In this document: in pieces, positions 10,701 through 19,358 of the stretch
Layout: each line of letters opens with the position of its first letter
Position numbering within the stretch: position 1 is the first letter of the stretch
Assembly: GCA_965233585.1 (NCBI GenBank)
Contig: CBDDTI010000030.1
Location: forward strand, 1 to 38,079
DNA length: 38,079 nt
Reading direction: 5' to 3'
From: a bacterium
GTDB lineage: Bacteria; SAR324; NAC60-12
Translations under genes and position numbers: made by a program
Notes under the pieces: model-generated
Database searches by the model: none
Told to the model about the DNA's origin: nothing
What the model saw: the letters and a program-made list of their open reading frames with translations, nothing else

Positions 10701-12616
10701 TTGGCCAGACGGACAATTTCCGTTGCCCGACGTCTGGCGGCAAAAGATCTGTCGTCAGCGGGGATTCTGATGGGGATGGGGGCCTCGATGGGGTTGTCAG
10801 CGGGAATCTCAATGGGAAACTCGATAAACGCCTCGGTGGGCGCCTCGGTGGGGACGTTGGAGGAAATTTCGTTGGTGGGGGCCTCGATGAGCATCTCGAT
10901 GGGGGACTCGGTGGGAGCTTCGATGAGCGCCTCGGTGGGGACGGGGACCTCAATTAGCACCTCGGTGGGGATGTTGGAGGAAATTTCGTTGGTGGGGGCC
11001 TCGATGAGCATTTCGATGGGGAATTCGGTGGGAGCTTCGATAAGCGCCTCTGTGGGAACGTTAGAGGAAATTTCGGTGGTGGGGACCTCGATGAGCATTT
11101 CGATGAGGGATTCGGTGGGAGCTTCGATAAGCGCCTCGGTGGGAACGTTAGAGGGAATTTCGGTGGTGGGGACCTCGATGAGCATTTCGGTGGGAGCTTC
11201 GATAAGCGCCTCGGTGGGAACGTTAGAGGGAATTTCGGCGGTGGGGACCTCAATGAGCGTCTCGATGGGGGACTCTGTGGGGACGTTGGTGGGGAGATCG
11301 ACAAGAATGTCGGTGGGGACGTCAAATTCAATAAAATTTTCGTTTTGAAGGCCTCGGACAGCGCGACCGCTGCCGCCTCCGCCACCGCCAGCGCCAGCGC
11401 CGCTGCCCTCTCTGTTGACGGCAAGCACAGCAACGCCAACAGAGAGGGCAACGGCAGCGGCGCTGGCGGTGGCGGAGGCGGCAGCAGGCGGCGAAGCATC
11501 AAAAATGTCGGCCACGGCCGACCGGATCCGCCGGATCAGGCCCGGTCTCCGGTTCTTTTTCTCCTCCTTCTCCTCCTTCAGCAGCCACTGCTCGTCGTCG
11601 TCCTCCTCATCCTTCAACCTCATGTACCCCCTCTTCATCATCATCATCATCATCATCACTGTCCTCTTTCTTTTTTGTTTTGAAAGTTTGTTTTGAAAAT
11701 TGCAACATGGTTTTAGGAAGTTTTTAAAAAATAAATCTCCAAACTCCCACACACTTTATAATGAATTTTTATAAAAATGTTGTATTCTTTATAAAATATT
11801 TATTTAATTTTATATTTTTCAGAAAATGTTCGAAATTACATCGAAGTGGTGCTTTGTGGAGATGAAAAAAGCTTGAGAAAAGCCAGTCTTGGTCAACACA
11901 TCAACAATTTTCAAATTATTAATGAGAATTTGGTGGCTGTCAACAAGAAGCCGGCAATGATAGAGCTTAGAAAGCCTTTAGCCGTCGGATTTTCCATTCT
12001 GGAGTTGTCTAAGTTGTTCATGTACAGATCATACTATGACACCATTCAAAAACATTTCGGCAAAGACAATGTGTCTTTGTGTTTTTCGGACACAGATTCT
12101 TTTCTTTTAAAAGTTACATGTAACAATTTGGAAAGGGAAATGAAGAGATTGAAACACATGTTTGATTTTTCAAAGTACCCTAAACAACATCCACTTTTTG
12201 ACAACAGTAAAGCCAATCAACTTTTTTATTTCAAAGATGAATTAAAAGGTAGAGCGGCTATTACTGATTTTATAGGCTTACGTCCAAAATGTTATTCTAT
12301 GAAAATAGTTGATTTTTTGGACAAAAACAAAATTGATGAGAAAAAAGTATGCAAAGGTTTAAAAAAATCTAGCATAAAAAAGCAATTAACTTATGCAGAT
12401 TACAAAAAGTGCTTAAAACAAACTGTTGTAATTTACAAATCTTTTAAAAATTTAAGATCAAAGAATCACAAAATCCGAACGTGTTTTCAAAGAAAAATTG
12501 CGTTGTCGGCAATGGATTCAAAAAGATATGTTTTAAATTGTGGATGTCACACTTTATCGCTAGGAAATTGCCTTATTGTTAACAACAAAATGTCTAAATG
12601 CCAAATTTGTAAATAA
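7702..12616 (+). CDS. polB: Protein-primed family B DNA polymerase, 6 exons, ~1112 aa
   Basis: Exons 7702-8897, 8956-9512, 9578-9826, 9885-10060, 10118-10484 and 11823-12616. Splicing restores ExoII HNAQGYDLH, motif A YIDANNLYG, HDQFPLAP and motif B KLFANSTFGKFIENVR. ExoI CDFES, motif C SDTDS and an EndoVII/HNH-like insert (CHICG..DHDHVTG..AHSLCN) are present. Confidence 0.93.
10523..11656 (-). CDS. Nested antisense ORF in PolB intron 5: ~377 aa with a hydrophobic segment and Pro/Thr/Glu/Ile tetrapeptide repeats
   Basis: One open frame spans the GC-rich intron interior from an (ATG)7 run. Repeat length variants keep the frame. TATAAA lies ~100 nt upstream on the minus strand. Confidence 0.6.
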   Translation of the reverse strand: MMMMMMMKRGYMRLKDEEDDDEQWLLKEEKEEKKNRRPGLIRRIRSAVADIFDASPPAAASATASAAAVALSVGVAVLAVNREGSGAGAGGGGGGSGRAVRGLQNENFIEFDVPTDILVDLPTNVPTESPIETLIEVPTAEIPSNVPTEALIEAPTEMLIEVPTTEIPSNVPTEALIEAPTESLIEMLIEVPTTEISSNVPTEALIEAPTEFPIEMLIEAPTNEISSNIPTEVLIEVPVPTEALIEAPTESPIEMLIEAPTNEISSNVPTEAPTEAFIEFPIEIPADNPIEAPIPIRIPADDRSFAARRRATEIVRLAKIRAAENRMAEFDGEVITVEAEIHAPPDNDIEDADERVVCTANTFCTKYWQYHHTLVQI

Positions 12617-12673
12617 AAATCATTACTTTTATTTAAAAGAAAATTTTGTAGTTTCTTTTTTAAAATTAAAAAA

Positions 12674-13369
12674 ATGAATGGTTTTGATTTGAGGTTTAAT
12701 ATTCCGTCTAACATGTTGGTTGTCGGTCCAACATCAAGCGGAAAAACAACGTGGTTAAAACATTTAGTGCTTCGTCGACACGAGTATTTTGCAACTCCGC
12801 CTGAAACAATGTTGTTGTTTTACAAGGAGCCGCAAAAAGCATATCAGTACATGGAAGATGACATGAACGAGGGCAAAGGTTCTGACACGCAATTTCCGTC
12901 TTTTCGTAAATTCAAAAATATTCCAAATTCAATCGAAGAGTTGAAAGATATTTTAGAATTATATCCGAGAAAAATGCCCAAATTGATTGTTTTTGACGAT
13001 TATTTAGACGATGTTGGGCAAATATTAAAACATTTTTTTACGGTTTTGACTCATCATTACAATTGTTTTACCGTTTTTCTTTGTCAAAATTTATTTGACA
13101 AAAAAGGCGATTTACGGACATTGAGCATAAATACGCAATACATGATCCTTTTTAACAATCCACGGGACAGAAGCGCCATCACACATTTGGCAAAACAAAT
13201 TTTTCCCGGTCGTGTTGGAATTTTAAATAAGGCATATAGAGAAGCAGTTAACGGCCGAAGTCACGGATATCTTCTTCTAGATTTCCATCAACAGCAAGAC
13301 GATAAAGTCAGAATTCGAAGTAACATCTTTTCTTATGAAGGATTAATGAAAGCCTACGTTACTGTTTAA
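12674..13369 (+). CDS. FtsK/HerA-family (A32-like) genome-packaging ATPase
   Basis: Walker A GPTSSGKT, Walker B LIVFDD, and Maverick-type THHYN..FLCQNLF..RTLSINTQY..FNNPRD. Confidence 0.93.
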   Translation: MNGFDLRFNIPSNMLVVGPTSSGKTTWLKHLVLRRHEYFATPPETMLLFYKEPQKAYQYMEDDMNEGKGSDTQFPSFRKFKNIPNSIEELKDILELYPRKMPKLIVFDDYLDDVGQILKHFFTVLTHHYNCFTVFLCQNLFDKKGDLRTLSINTQYMILFNNPRDRSAITHLAKQIFPGRVGILNKAYREAVNGRSHGYLLLDFHQQQDDKVRIRSNIFSYEGLMKAYVTV

Positions 13370-13416
13370 AAAATTTCATATCTATTTAAGAAAAATTAAA
13401 AACAATTACTGTTAAA

Positions 13417-13791
13417 ATGTCAAAAAAATTAGAAAAAGCTAGTTCGCTTTTTAATGCAATAAAAAAATTAAAACATCAAGATTGCGCAAATTTTTTAAAT
13501 TATTTGGACGATCGCGGCGTTGAATTGCTTTGTCGTATTTTACACTACGTTTTGAACGGTGAATTGCCCTTACATGGCGAAGTGCGAACACGACTTCAGA
13601 AAAAAATAAGAGCTCATTTAGGGGAGTTTAGACGTCTTGCCACGCCGCCTCGTCGCTCTTCCGACATTTCAAAAAAAAGAATAATACTACAAAGGGGCGG
13701 AATTTTAGGGACTTTATCAACAATTGCCAGTATTATCGTCCCTATTTTAGCTCAAATTATTGCAAAAAAAAGCTTGCAACATCGTCGTTAA
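13417..13791 (+). CDS. Small basic virion-core-type protein with C-terminal QRGG plus hydrophobic helix
   Basis: KKRIILQRGGILGTLSTIASIIVPILAQII resembles the QxGG-hydrophobic tail of small Maverick proteins found next to the ATPase. Confidence 0.7.
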   Translation: MSKKLEKASSLFNAIKKLKHQDCANFLNYLDDRGVELLCRILHYVLNGELPLHGEVRTRLQKKIRAHLGEFRRLATPPRRSSDISKKRIILQRGGILGTLSTIASIIVPILAQIIAKKSLQHRR

Positions 13792-13795
13792 AAGA

Positions 13796-14641
13796 ATGAG
13801 TTCAGGCGTGAAAAGAAAAACAAATGATGAAATATACTCTATGTTTTTAGTCCCCAAAAGGCTATATCATTCTTTAATAAAAAATATAGAAGATAATGAA
13901 ACAAAAAAAGAACTTATTTCTATGAATGAAAAACCAAATACAACCAATTACATTGAAAATGCCATTAATTTTAAAAATTTACAAGACAGGCAAAAAATGA
14001 ATCAAAGCGGCGATAAATTGTATCGTTTTGGTTCTGATAATATATCGAATGTTATGCCGCCAGTACAAATCGATAGCAGTGCAGGTCGCACGTACCAATC
14101 TATTTCAAGATCAACAACCGCTCAAACTCCCCAACAAAAAGAAAATACCGCTCAGTTTTCACCCACTACTCCCGTTATGGAAAGAGAACCCGATCCAGAC
14201 TTGTTTTATACTGCTTCAAAACCAAAAAGCAAGGACGATACTTCAACTCCTGACGTGCCAGAATGGCGAAATTCGCCTGTTATAAAGGCATTGACACAAA
14301 AAAATTCAGACGGCAAAATAGTTTGTCCCTTTAGCGCATGCGGGAAGCAGTATGTTGACGATGCGCAATTCGGCAAACACCTTGTAAGAGATCATATGAA
14401 AGAATTGTCTATATTTGACACAGAAAAAATCGGTAAAGATATAGCCTCGGCCTCTTCACAAGCATCAAAGTCCCCTTCGGCTTCAATATCATCCCTCAAA
14501 ACAGGATCAGGAGGTGCAAAAAAGAAAACTTTTACTATTTCTCCTGTACAAACTAGATCTAAATCAAAAAAACTTTCAAAAACTGATGCAGATGCTGTTA
14601 AAAAAAAATTACTTTTTCCGGGAAAATACCCAAAATTATAA
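13796..14641 (+). CDS. Hypothetical protein with a single C2H2 zinc finger (~281 aa)
   Basis: ATG 4 nt after the preceding stop; CPFSACGKQYVDDAQFGKHLVRDH finger; basic C-terminus. Confidence 0.7.
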   Translation: MSSGVKRKTNDEIYSMFLVPKRLYHSLIKNIEDNETKKELISMNEKPNTTNYIENAINFKNLQDRQKMNQSGDKLYRFGSDNISNVMPPVQIDSSAGRTYQSISRSTTAQTPQQKENTAQFSPTTPVMEREPDPDLFYTASKPKSKDDTSTPDVPEWRNSPVIKALTQKNSDGKIVCPFSACGKQYVDDAQFGKHLVRDHMKELSIFDTEKIGKDIASASSQASKSPSASISSLKTGSGGAKKKTFTISPVQTRSKSKKLSKTDADAVKKKLLFPGKYPKL

Positions 14642-14658
14642 TAAAAGTAAAATATATA

Positions 14659-15141
14659 TCATCGTTTATTTTCAAGTTTTTTTATAAAATGAGTTACAAT
14701 TTCATCATTTTTTATTTTGGGTTTTTTTACAAATATTTTAACAAATTGTTGAGGAGACATTAAATTGTTGCCCACAGATAAACAAAAAGCGGTCACGTAC
14801 CAGCCGCAAAACAATGAATGAAAATCCTGAATGGAGTAAGACAGAATTGTTTTGAATGAGTTTTTTTCTATCCAAGGTCGTAAGAACTTCATTAAAGATC
14901 GATTCCATATCGGCGGTAAAAAACCGAATGAATCAAAATAATAGAGTTGATTTTTTCCGTTAATATACATCGCTATGAAATGTGATCCTTTTTGATTTTT
15001 TTTGGATAAGTTAGTGATTAAGCAACAAGGCAACTTAAGCGAATCAGACGGCAAATTATCGCTTGAAAAAACCCCGATGAAATATTTACATCTTGGTTGA
15101 ATATAATTGGATAAAAAGATATTTGATAATCCGTTTTCCAT
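14659..15141 (-). CDS. Adenain-like cysteine protease (capsid maturation)
   Basis: Catalytic motifs GSHF, YFDSFG and IQ....LFCG; N-terminal FIGVFSSDNLP. Confidence 0.92.
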   Translation of the reverse strand: MENGLSNIFLSNYIQPRCKYFIGVFSSDNLPSDSLKLPCCLITNLSKKNQKGSHFIAMYINGKNQLYYFDSFGFLPPIWNRSLMKFLRPWIEKNSFKTILSYSIQDFHSLFCGWYVTAFCLSVGNNLMSPQQFVKIFVKKPKIKNDEIVTHFIKKLENKR

Positions 15142-15144
15142 GAT

Positions 15145-16488
15145 TTAATTTGTTCCTTTTATAACTTGTTGGAATTGATCTATTTTGATGCCGGAGTTGA
15201 AAACAGAAAAAGCCAGGACGTATATAGGATGAGGAGTTATTACGGAAAAAGCCAGTTCTAAATCTAAATTTCCGTAATTTTCTGGATGCACGTGGAACGA
15301 ATTACATTGATCCGGTGTTAAATCGGCCGCTAGAAAAAATCTTCCTTTTAAATATTGTTCATACGTTAAACCGATGGATTGATTGCCGTGCGAAATGCCA
15401 ATACTGTCGTATAAATGCCGATACAAGTCAATGGCATCCCCCTCGTTTATATTAGGTTGAAATGGTCTGGGAAATACGCATTGACCGTTCTTTTTTAAAT
15501 TAAAAGTAGACAGATTAAAATGTTGAAAGTTGAAAGGGTTTTTGTCCGGGGCGTGTGACATGGCTTGATTGTGAACCATCACAAAAAACACTTGTTTCGG
15601 TAAAGTACCATTAGCGATATTGGCGATGTTGAAGGACGACACACCTTGAGGAATAACATAATGTCTTAAACGTGTGGCGCTAAAAGGTAGGTAGCACGGT
15701 TCTTTTAAAAGTTTGTTTTTAAAACTTTCTCTCAGCAATAATGTGGGCAACACTTTTCTCATATGTAGTTTAACATCTTTTAAAACAATTTTAAAAGGTT
15801 TTTCTGCCGCAGCATCTTGAAGCAAACCAAACTTTTCGGCGGATCTAACCAGCTTGATTTTGATATCCACATTTGGAGGTAAAAATCTGTCGGTGTCAAA
15901 CAGATCAACGGCTAAGCGCGTATTAAAATACACTTTTTTACCGTCCATAATTAACTGCTTTCTTTTATTCAAAGAAGGTGTGGCGGCTGTAACATTTATG
16001 GTATCAACTTCGTCAGCATTTTCAGGATAATACCCTTCAGCAGCCAGATAAGTTTTTTTCACCTCTGAATTGTAACTTAAGAATGATTGTATAAACATTC
16101 TCCAAGGATAAGTGACCGCTGAACTTAAATCAGCTACTTGGACCCCGTTTAAATATACTTCTACTTGGCTGAATAGACAAGCGGCAAAATGATTAGCCAG
16201 TGTGGCTTTAGTATCATTTTTTACCTGTTCACCATCGTCATTTGTCACTACAAAATAGCCGCTAAGTCTGGTTTGATTCAGTATAAAAGAGCATTCGTTA
16301 TCGCGAGGAACAAGAAATTCGACCGGTCCGGTGTTGGTGATAGAAGCCACGCTATTGTAAATAACGTGAGCTCCATCTAATAAACCCGTTTCTACTTCTA
16401 ACGGTGAGTGAAGCGCTAAACCACTTTCGGTACCGTCGTTTTGTTCAACGGCCAATCCGGCAATTCCACTTTTTTCAGGTACGCCCAT
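15145..16488 (-). CDS. Major capsid protein (double jelly-roll, Polinton PY/hexon-like), ~447 aa
   Basis: Maverick MCP-type motifs GPVEFLV, LFSQVEVYLNG, LPKQVFFVMV, NPFNFQHFNL, FFLAADLTPD and GNLDLELAF. First plausible ATG is at 16488. Confidence 0.92.
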   Translation of the reverse strand: MGVPEKSGIAGLAVEQNDGTESGLALHSPLEVETGLLDGAHVIYNSVASITNTGPVEFLVPRDNECSFILNQTRLSGYFVVTNDDGEQVKNDTKATLANHFAACLFSQVEVYLNGVQVADLSSAVTYPWRMFIQSFLSYNSEVKKTYLAAEGYYPENADEVDTINVTAATPSLNKRKQLIMDGKKVYFNTRLAVDLFDTDRFLPPNVDIKIKLVRSAEKFGLLQDAAAEKPFKIVLKDVKLHMRKVLPTLLLRESFKNKLLKEPCYLPFSATRLRHYVIPQGVSSFNIANIANGTLPKQVFFVMVHNQAMSHAPDKNPFNFQHFNLSTFNLKKNGQCVFPRPFQPNINEGDAIDLYRHLYDSIGISHGNQSIGLTYEQYLKGRFFLAADLTPDQCNSFHVHPENYGNLDLELAFSVITPHPIYVLAFSVFNSGIKIDQFQQVIKGTN

Positions 16489-16494
16489 AACAAA

Positions 16495-17037
16495 ATGGAA
16501 GTGTTGGTCAGCAATGTAAAAATTAGTTGTAAAGTTCATCTTATCAACAGCGACGAAATCTCTTTTAATACTGATAATACAATAAAACGTTATAATAATT
16601 TTGTTGTAATAAGAAAAAAATATTCCTTTATTATATTTACCAAAACAAAGCAAAATCGTCATTTTCACGTAAACATTACAAAAATCCCCTCTACAGAACA
16701 CATTGCGAAAGCATTAGACGAACTAAAATTTATTATAAGTAACGAATTTGTTGTTGAAATATTTAAAGTAGAAAACATGACGTGTTTGTATCAATCAAAA
16801 GAAGAGATTAAATTATTAAAATTATACAACCATTTAAAATCGAATAAAAATTTTGAAATTATTCTTAAGAGATATGATCCAGAAAAATTCCCAGGCGTAT
16901 TTTTAAAAATAAAAAAATGTTCAGCTTTAATATTTTCGTCAGGAAAAATAGTTATAATTGGAGCCTCCAGCGAAGAAGATGCTAAACAAGGAATAAGAAT
17001 TATTATTAAATTATTAAAAAAATATAAAATCGAATGA
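16495..17037 (+). CDS. TBP: Virus-encoded TATA-binding protein homologue (180 aa core)
   Basis: Two TBP half-repeats: VSNVKIS..NNFVVIR..FIIF and VENMTCL..YDPEKFPGVFLKI..ALIFSSGKIVIIGA, matching the TBP consensus YEPELFPGL / LIFxSGKxVxTGA. Confidence 0.85.
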   Translation: MEVLVSNVKISCKVHLINSDEISFNTDNTIKRYNNFVVIRKKYSFIIFTKTKQNRHFHVNITKIPSTEHIAKALDELKFIISNEFVVEIFKVENMTCLYQSKEEIKLLKLYNHLKSNKNFEIILKRYDPEKFPGVFLKIKKCSALIFSSGKIVIIGASSEEDAKQGIRIIIKLLKKYKIE

Positions 17038-17093
17038 TGTGAATAATGTTTATTTAGTCGAGTTTTGATATCTATACAATAAACATCGAAATT

Positions 17094-17852
17094 ATGCACG
17101 AGAAAGTAGATTATACTAAAATATGCAATCATCAATATCCAGTAGAAGACACCAGGCAAGGAGACGTGGTGTGTACCGAGTGTGGATTAGTTATTGATAA
17201 AATATATTGTTATAATTTAACAAAATCAAATTTGGAAACAGAATGGGACAAAATAAAAACATTTGATAAAGAAATTAAACCAAAAAACCAGCATTTAGAG
17301 AAAGAAAAAAATATTTTAAAAATTTTATGTAATAAATTACATTTAAATAATGATGTTACAAATGTTATTTTAAATCTATGGTCAGATATAGCAGCGTGGC
17401 ATTATCAAAAAGGTGGAAAAATTAAAATGGATGCTAAAGGATTGGTGGTAATGACGTTGTATCAGGGGTTAATAAAAGAAAAAATTCCCCGCCCGATAAG
17501 TCATTTGTGTCAAGAAGTCGGCATTAATCCAAAGATAGTGTGGCGTTGGATGAAATTATACAGACGGGACTTGACTGACATGAATAAATTAGACAATTAC
17601 ATAAAGGCAAAAGATATGAAAGAATATTTTTTACAGCCGCTGCAGTTAAATTATCAAGAAATGACGTCCGTTGAACAAATATTAAAAAAAAATGAAAATA
17701 GTTCTTTTGCTCCAAGAACTTTATTAGCTGCATGCGCTTATGCCTTTTTAAAAGAATCCAAATTGAGGTATTTAAGCGTCAAAAATATGGCTCACATTTT
17801 AGGCGTCAGTGTTATGTCGTTGTACAGATGTCGTAAAAGTCTAAATCAATAA
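17094..17852 (+). CDS. TFIIB: Virus-encoded TFIIB-like general transcription factor (252 aa)
   Basis: Zinc ribbon CNH...VEDTRQGDVVCTECGLVI and two cyclin-fold repeats (LCNKLHL..LYQGLIKEKIPRPISHLC; RTLLAACAY..MAHILGVS). Confidence 0.87.
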   Translation: MHEKVDYTKICNHQYPVEDTRQGDVVCTECGLVIDKIYCYNLTKSNLETEWDKIKTFDKEIKPKNQHLEKEKNILKILCNKLHLNNDVTNVILNLWSDIAAWHYQKGGKIKMDAKGLVVMTLYQGLIKEKIPRPISHLCQEVGINPKIVWRWMKLYRRDLTDMNKLDNYIKAKDMKEYFLQPLQLNYQEMTSVEQILKKNENSSFAPRTLLAACAYAFLKESKLRYLSVKNMAHILGVSVMSLYRCRKSLNQ

Positions 17853-17861
17853 AATACATAT

Positions 17862-18263
17862 ATGAATTACCACAGCGGTTTACATTGGCAACGAGGTTCG
17901 GGAATTGGATCGCTTTTTTCCGGAATTTTTCGCGGATTAATGCCGGTAGCAAAATCAACGATAAAAACTATTGGACGTGTAGCTAAAAGCGCCCCGATAA
18001 AATCTGTAGGAAAAGCTTTAAAGAAAGAAGCGACAAGAGCGGCTGTAGAAACGGCAATAGAAGCTTTGGAGGGTCAACCGGTGGGCAGAAAAGCAAAACA
18101 ACGTTTGAAATCCGCTACGCGAGGTATTTTGCTTAACGCTGCCCGACAAGCCGATAGCAACGACGATTATCGAACTCAAAATTCAAACAAAAAAAGGAAA
18201 TCCTCGTCAATCACGCAATCTAGGAAAAAAAGGCGCAAAATTTCTAAAGAACCTTTGTTTTAA
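17862..18263 (+). CDS. Basic virion core / amphipathic-peptide protein typical of Polintons
   Basis: N-terminal QRGSGIGSLFSGIFRGLMP motif followed by an amphipathic helix; Lys/Arg-rich tail. Confidence 0.8.
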   Translation: MNYHSGLHWQRGSGIGSLFSGIFRGLMPVAKSTIKTIGRVAKSAPIKSVGKALKKEATRAAVETAIEALEGQPVGRKAKQRLKSATRGILLNAARQADSNDDYRTQNSNKKRKSSSITQSRKKRRKISKEPLF

Positions 18264-19352
18264 ATGTCGATAACAACGAAAGAGACTTTTTTAAAAGAAT
18301 ACGCGAAACCGGGTTCACCAATAGCTTTTGCGTCTCCCGCGCTAATTTATCATTATTATGGGAAAAAAATCCCTCTGACGTCAATCGAGGAGTGGCTAAA
18401 AGGAACAGACTCTTACACATTACACAAACAGGCTAAATTTCCCAGACCGAGAAATCCAACATTTGCTTATCGGAAACGGTATCAGTTTCAAATTGACCTT
18501 ATAGATTTAGGAAATTTGGCTGAACAAAATGATTCTAATAGATACCTTTTGACAGCCATCGATATTTTTACACGATTCGCCTTTGTAGAACCACTTATTA
18601 ATAAAACGGCAAAAACATTTATGGAAGGGTTTGAATCTATTATGAAAAGAGCAAAACAATTTCCGCGTAGAATTTTAGCCGATAAAGGAGCGGAAATTAA
18701 GAATAAATTATTTCAAGCCTACTGCAAAAACAATAACATTCTTTTGTTACACAGCAATAATTTTGTGCACGCCCCCTTTGTGGAAAGATTTAACCGAACT
18801 TTAAAAAACCTGTTGTTCAAATACATGACTCACGAAAATACTGACAGGTACATTGACGCGTTACCATTTCTTGTCCATACCTACAACAATCGTAAACATC
18901 GCATGATTGGAATGACACCCGCTGAAGCAGAACTCCCTGGAAAAACTTATCAAATTAGAAGAAAACAAGAATTGGTTTATTCAAAGATTAAAAGAATGAA
19001 ACCAAAATACAAAATCGGCCAAACCGTGCGTATTAGCATTATGAAGGGAAAATTTGACAGAGGATTTACACCGCAATTCAAAGAAGAAATTTTTAAAATA
19101 AAATCAATTTCTACACGTTTGCCAAAACCCACTTATGAGTTGGAGACTTTAGAACAGGATGAAACTTTGGAAGGAAATTTTTATGAGAGTGAACTTACAC
19201 CCGTAGATGAGCCAGAAGTATTTGCCATCGAAAAAATTCTTCGGACAAAAAAAGATAAAAAAACCGGAGAAAAAATGGCTTTAATAAAATGGAAAGGGTA
19301 TAAAAACCCTAGTTGGACATACGAAAAAGACATAGTTGATATGCCACAATAA
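18264..19352 (+). CDS. int: Retroviral-type (rve/c-integrase) DDE integrase with C-terminal chromodomain
   Basis: QIDL..LTAIDIFTRF, ADKGAE, VERFNRTLK; chromodomain-like IEKIL..IKWKGY..SW. Confidence 0.94.
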   Translation: MSITTKETFLKEYAKPGSPIAFASPALIYHYYGKKIPLTSIEEWLKGTDSYTLHKQAKFPRPRNPTFAYRKRYQFQIDLIDLGNLAEQNDSNRYLLTAIDIFTRFAFVEPLINKTAKTFMEGFESIMKRAKQFPRRILADKGAEIKNKLFQAYCKNNNILLLHSNNFVHAPFVERFNRTLKNLLFKYMTHENTDRYIDALPFLVHTYNNRKHRMIGMTPAEAELPGKTYQIRRKQELVYSKIKRMKPKYKIGQTVRISIMKGKFDRGFTPQFKEEIFKIKSISTRLPKPTYELETLEQDETLEGNFYESELTPVDEPEVFAIEKILRTKKDKKTGEKMALIKWKGYKNPSWTYEKDIVDMPQ

Positions 19353-19358
19353 CACGGA

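Noticed and set aside
10309..11696. Other overlapping ORFs in the GC-rich intron (214, 142, 232, 182, 112 and 93 aa)
   Set aside because: Alternative frames of a stop-poor repeat; only one frame spans the whole insert.
16489..16701. N-terminal extension of the capsid ORF (518 aa) and the TTG start of TBP at 16441
   Set aside because: Each extension is simply the antisense of the other gene; recognisable homology begins at the ATGs at 16488 and 16495.
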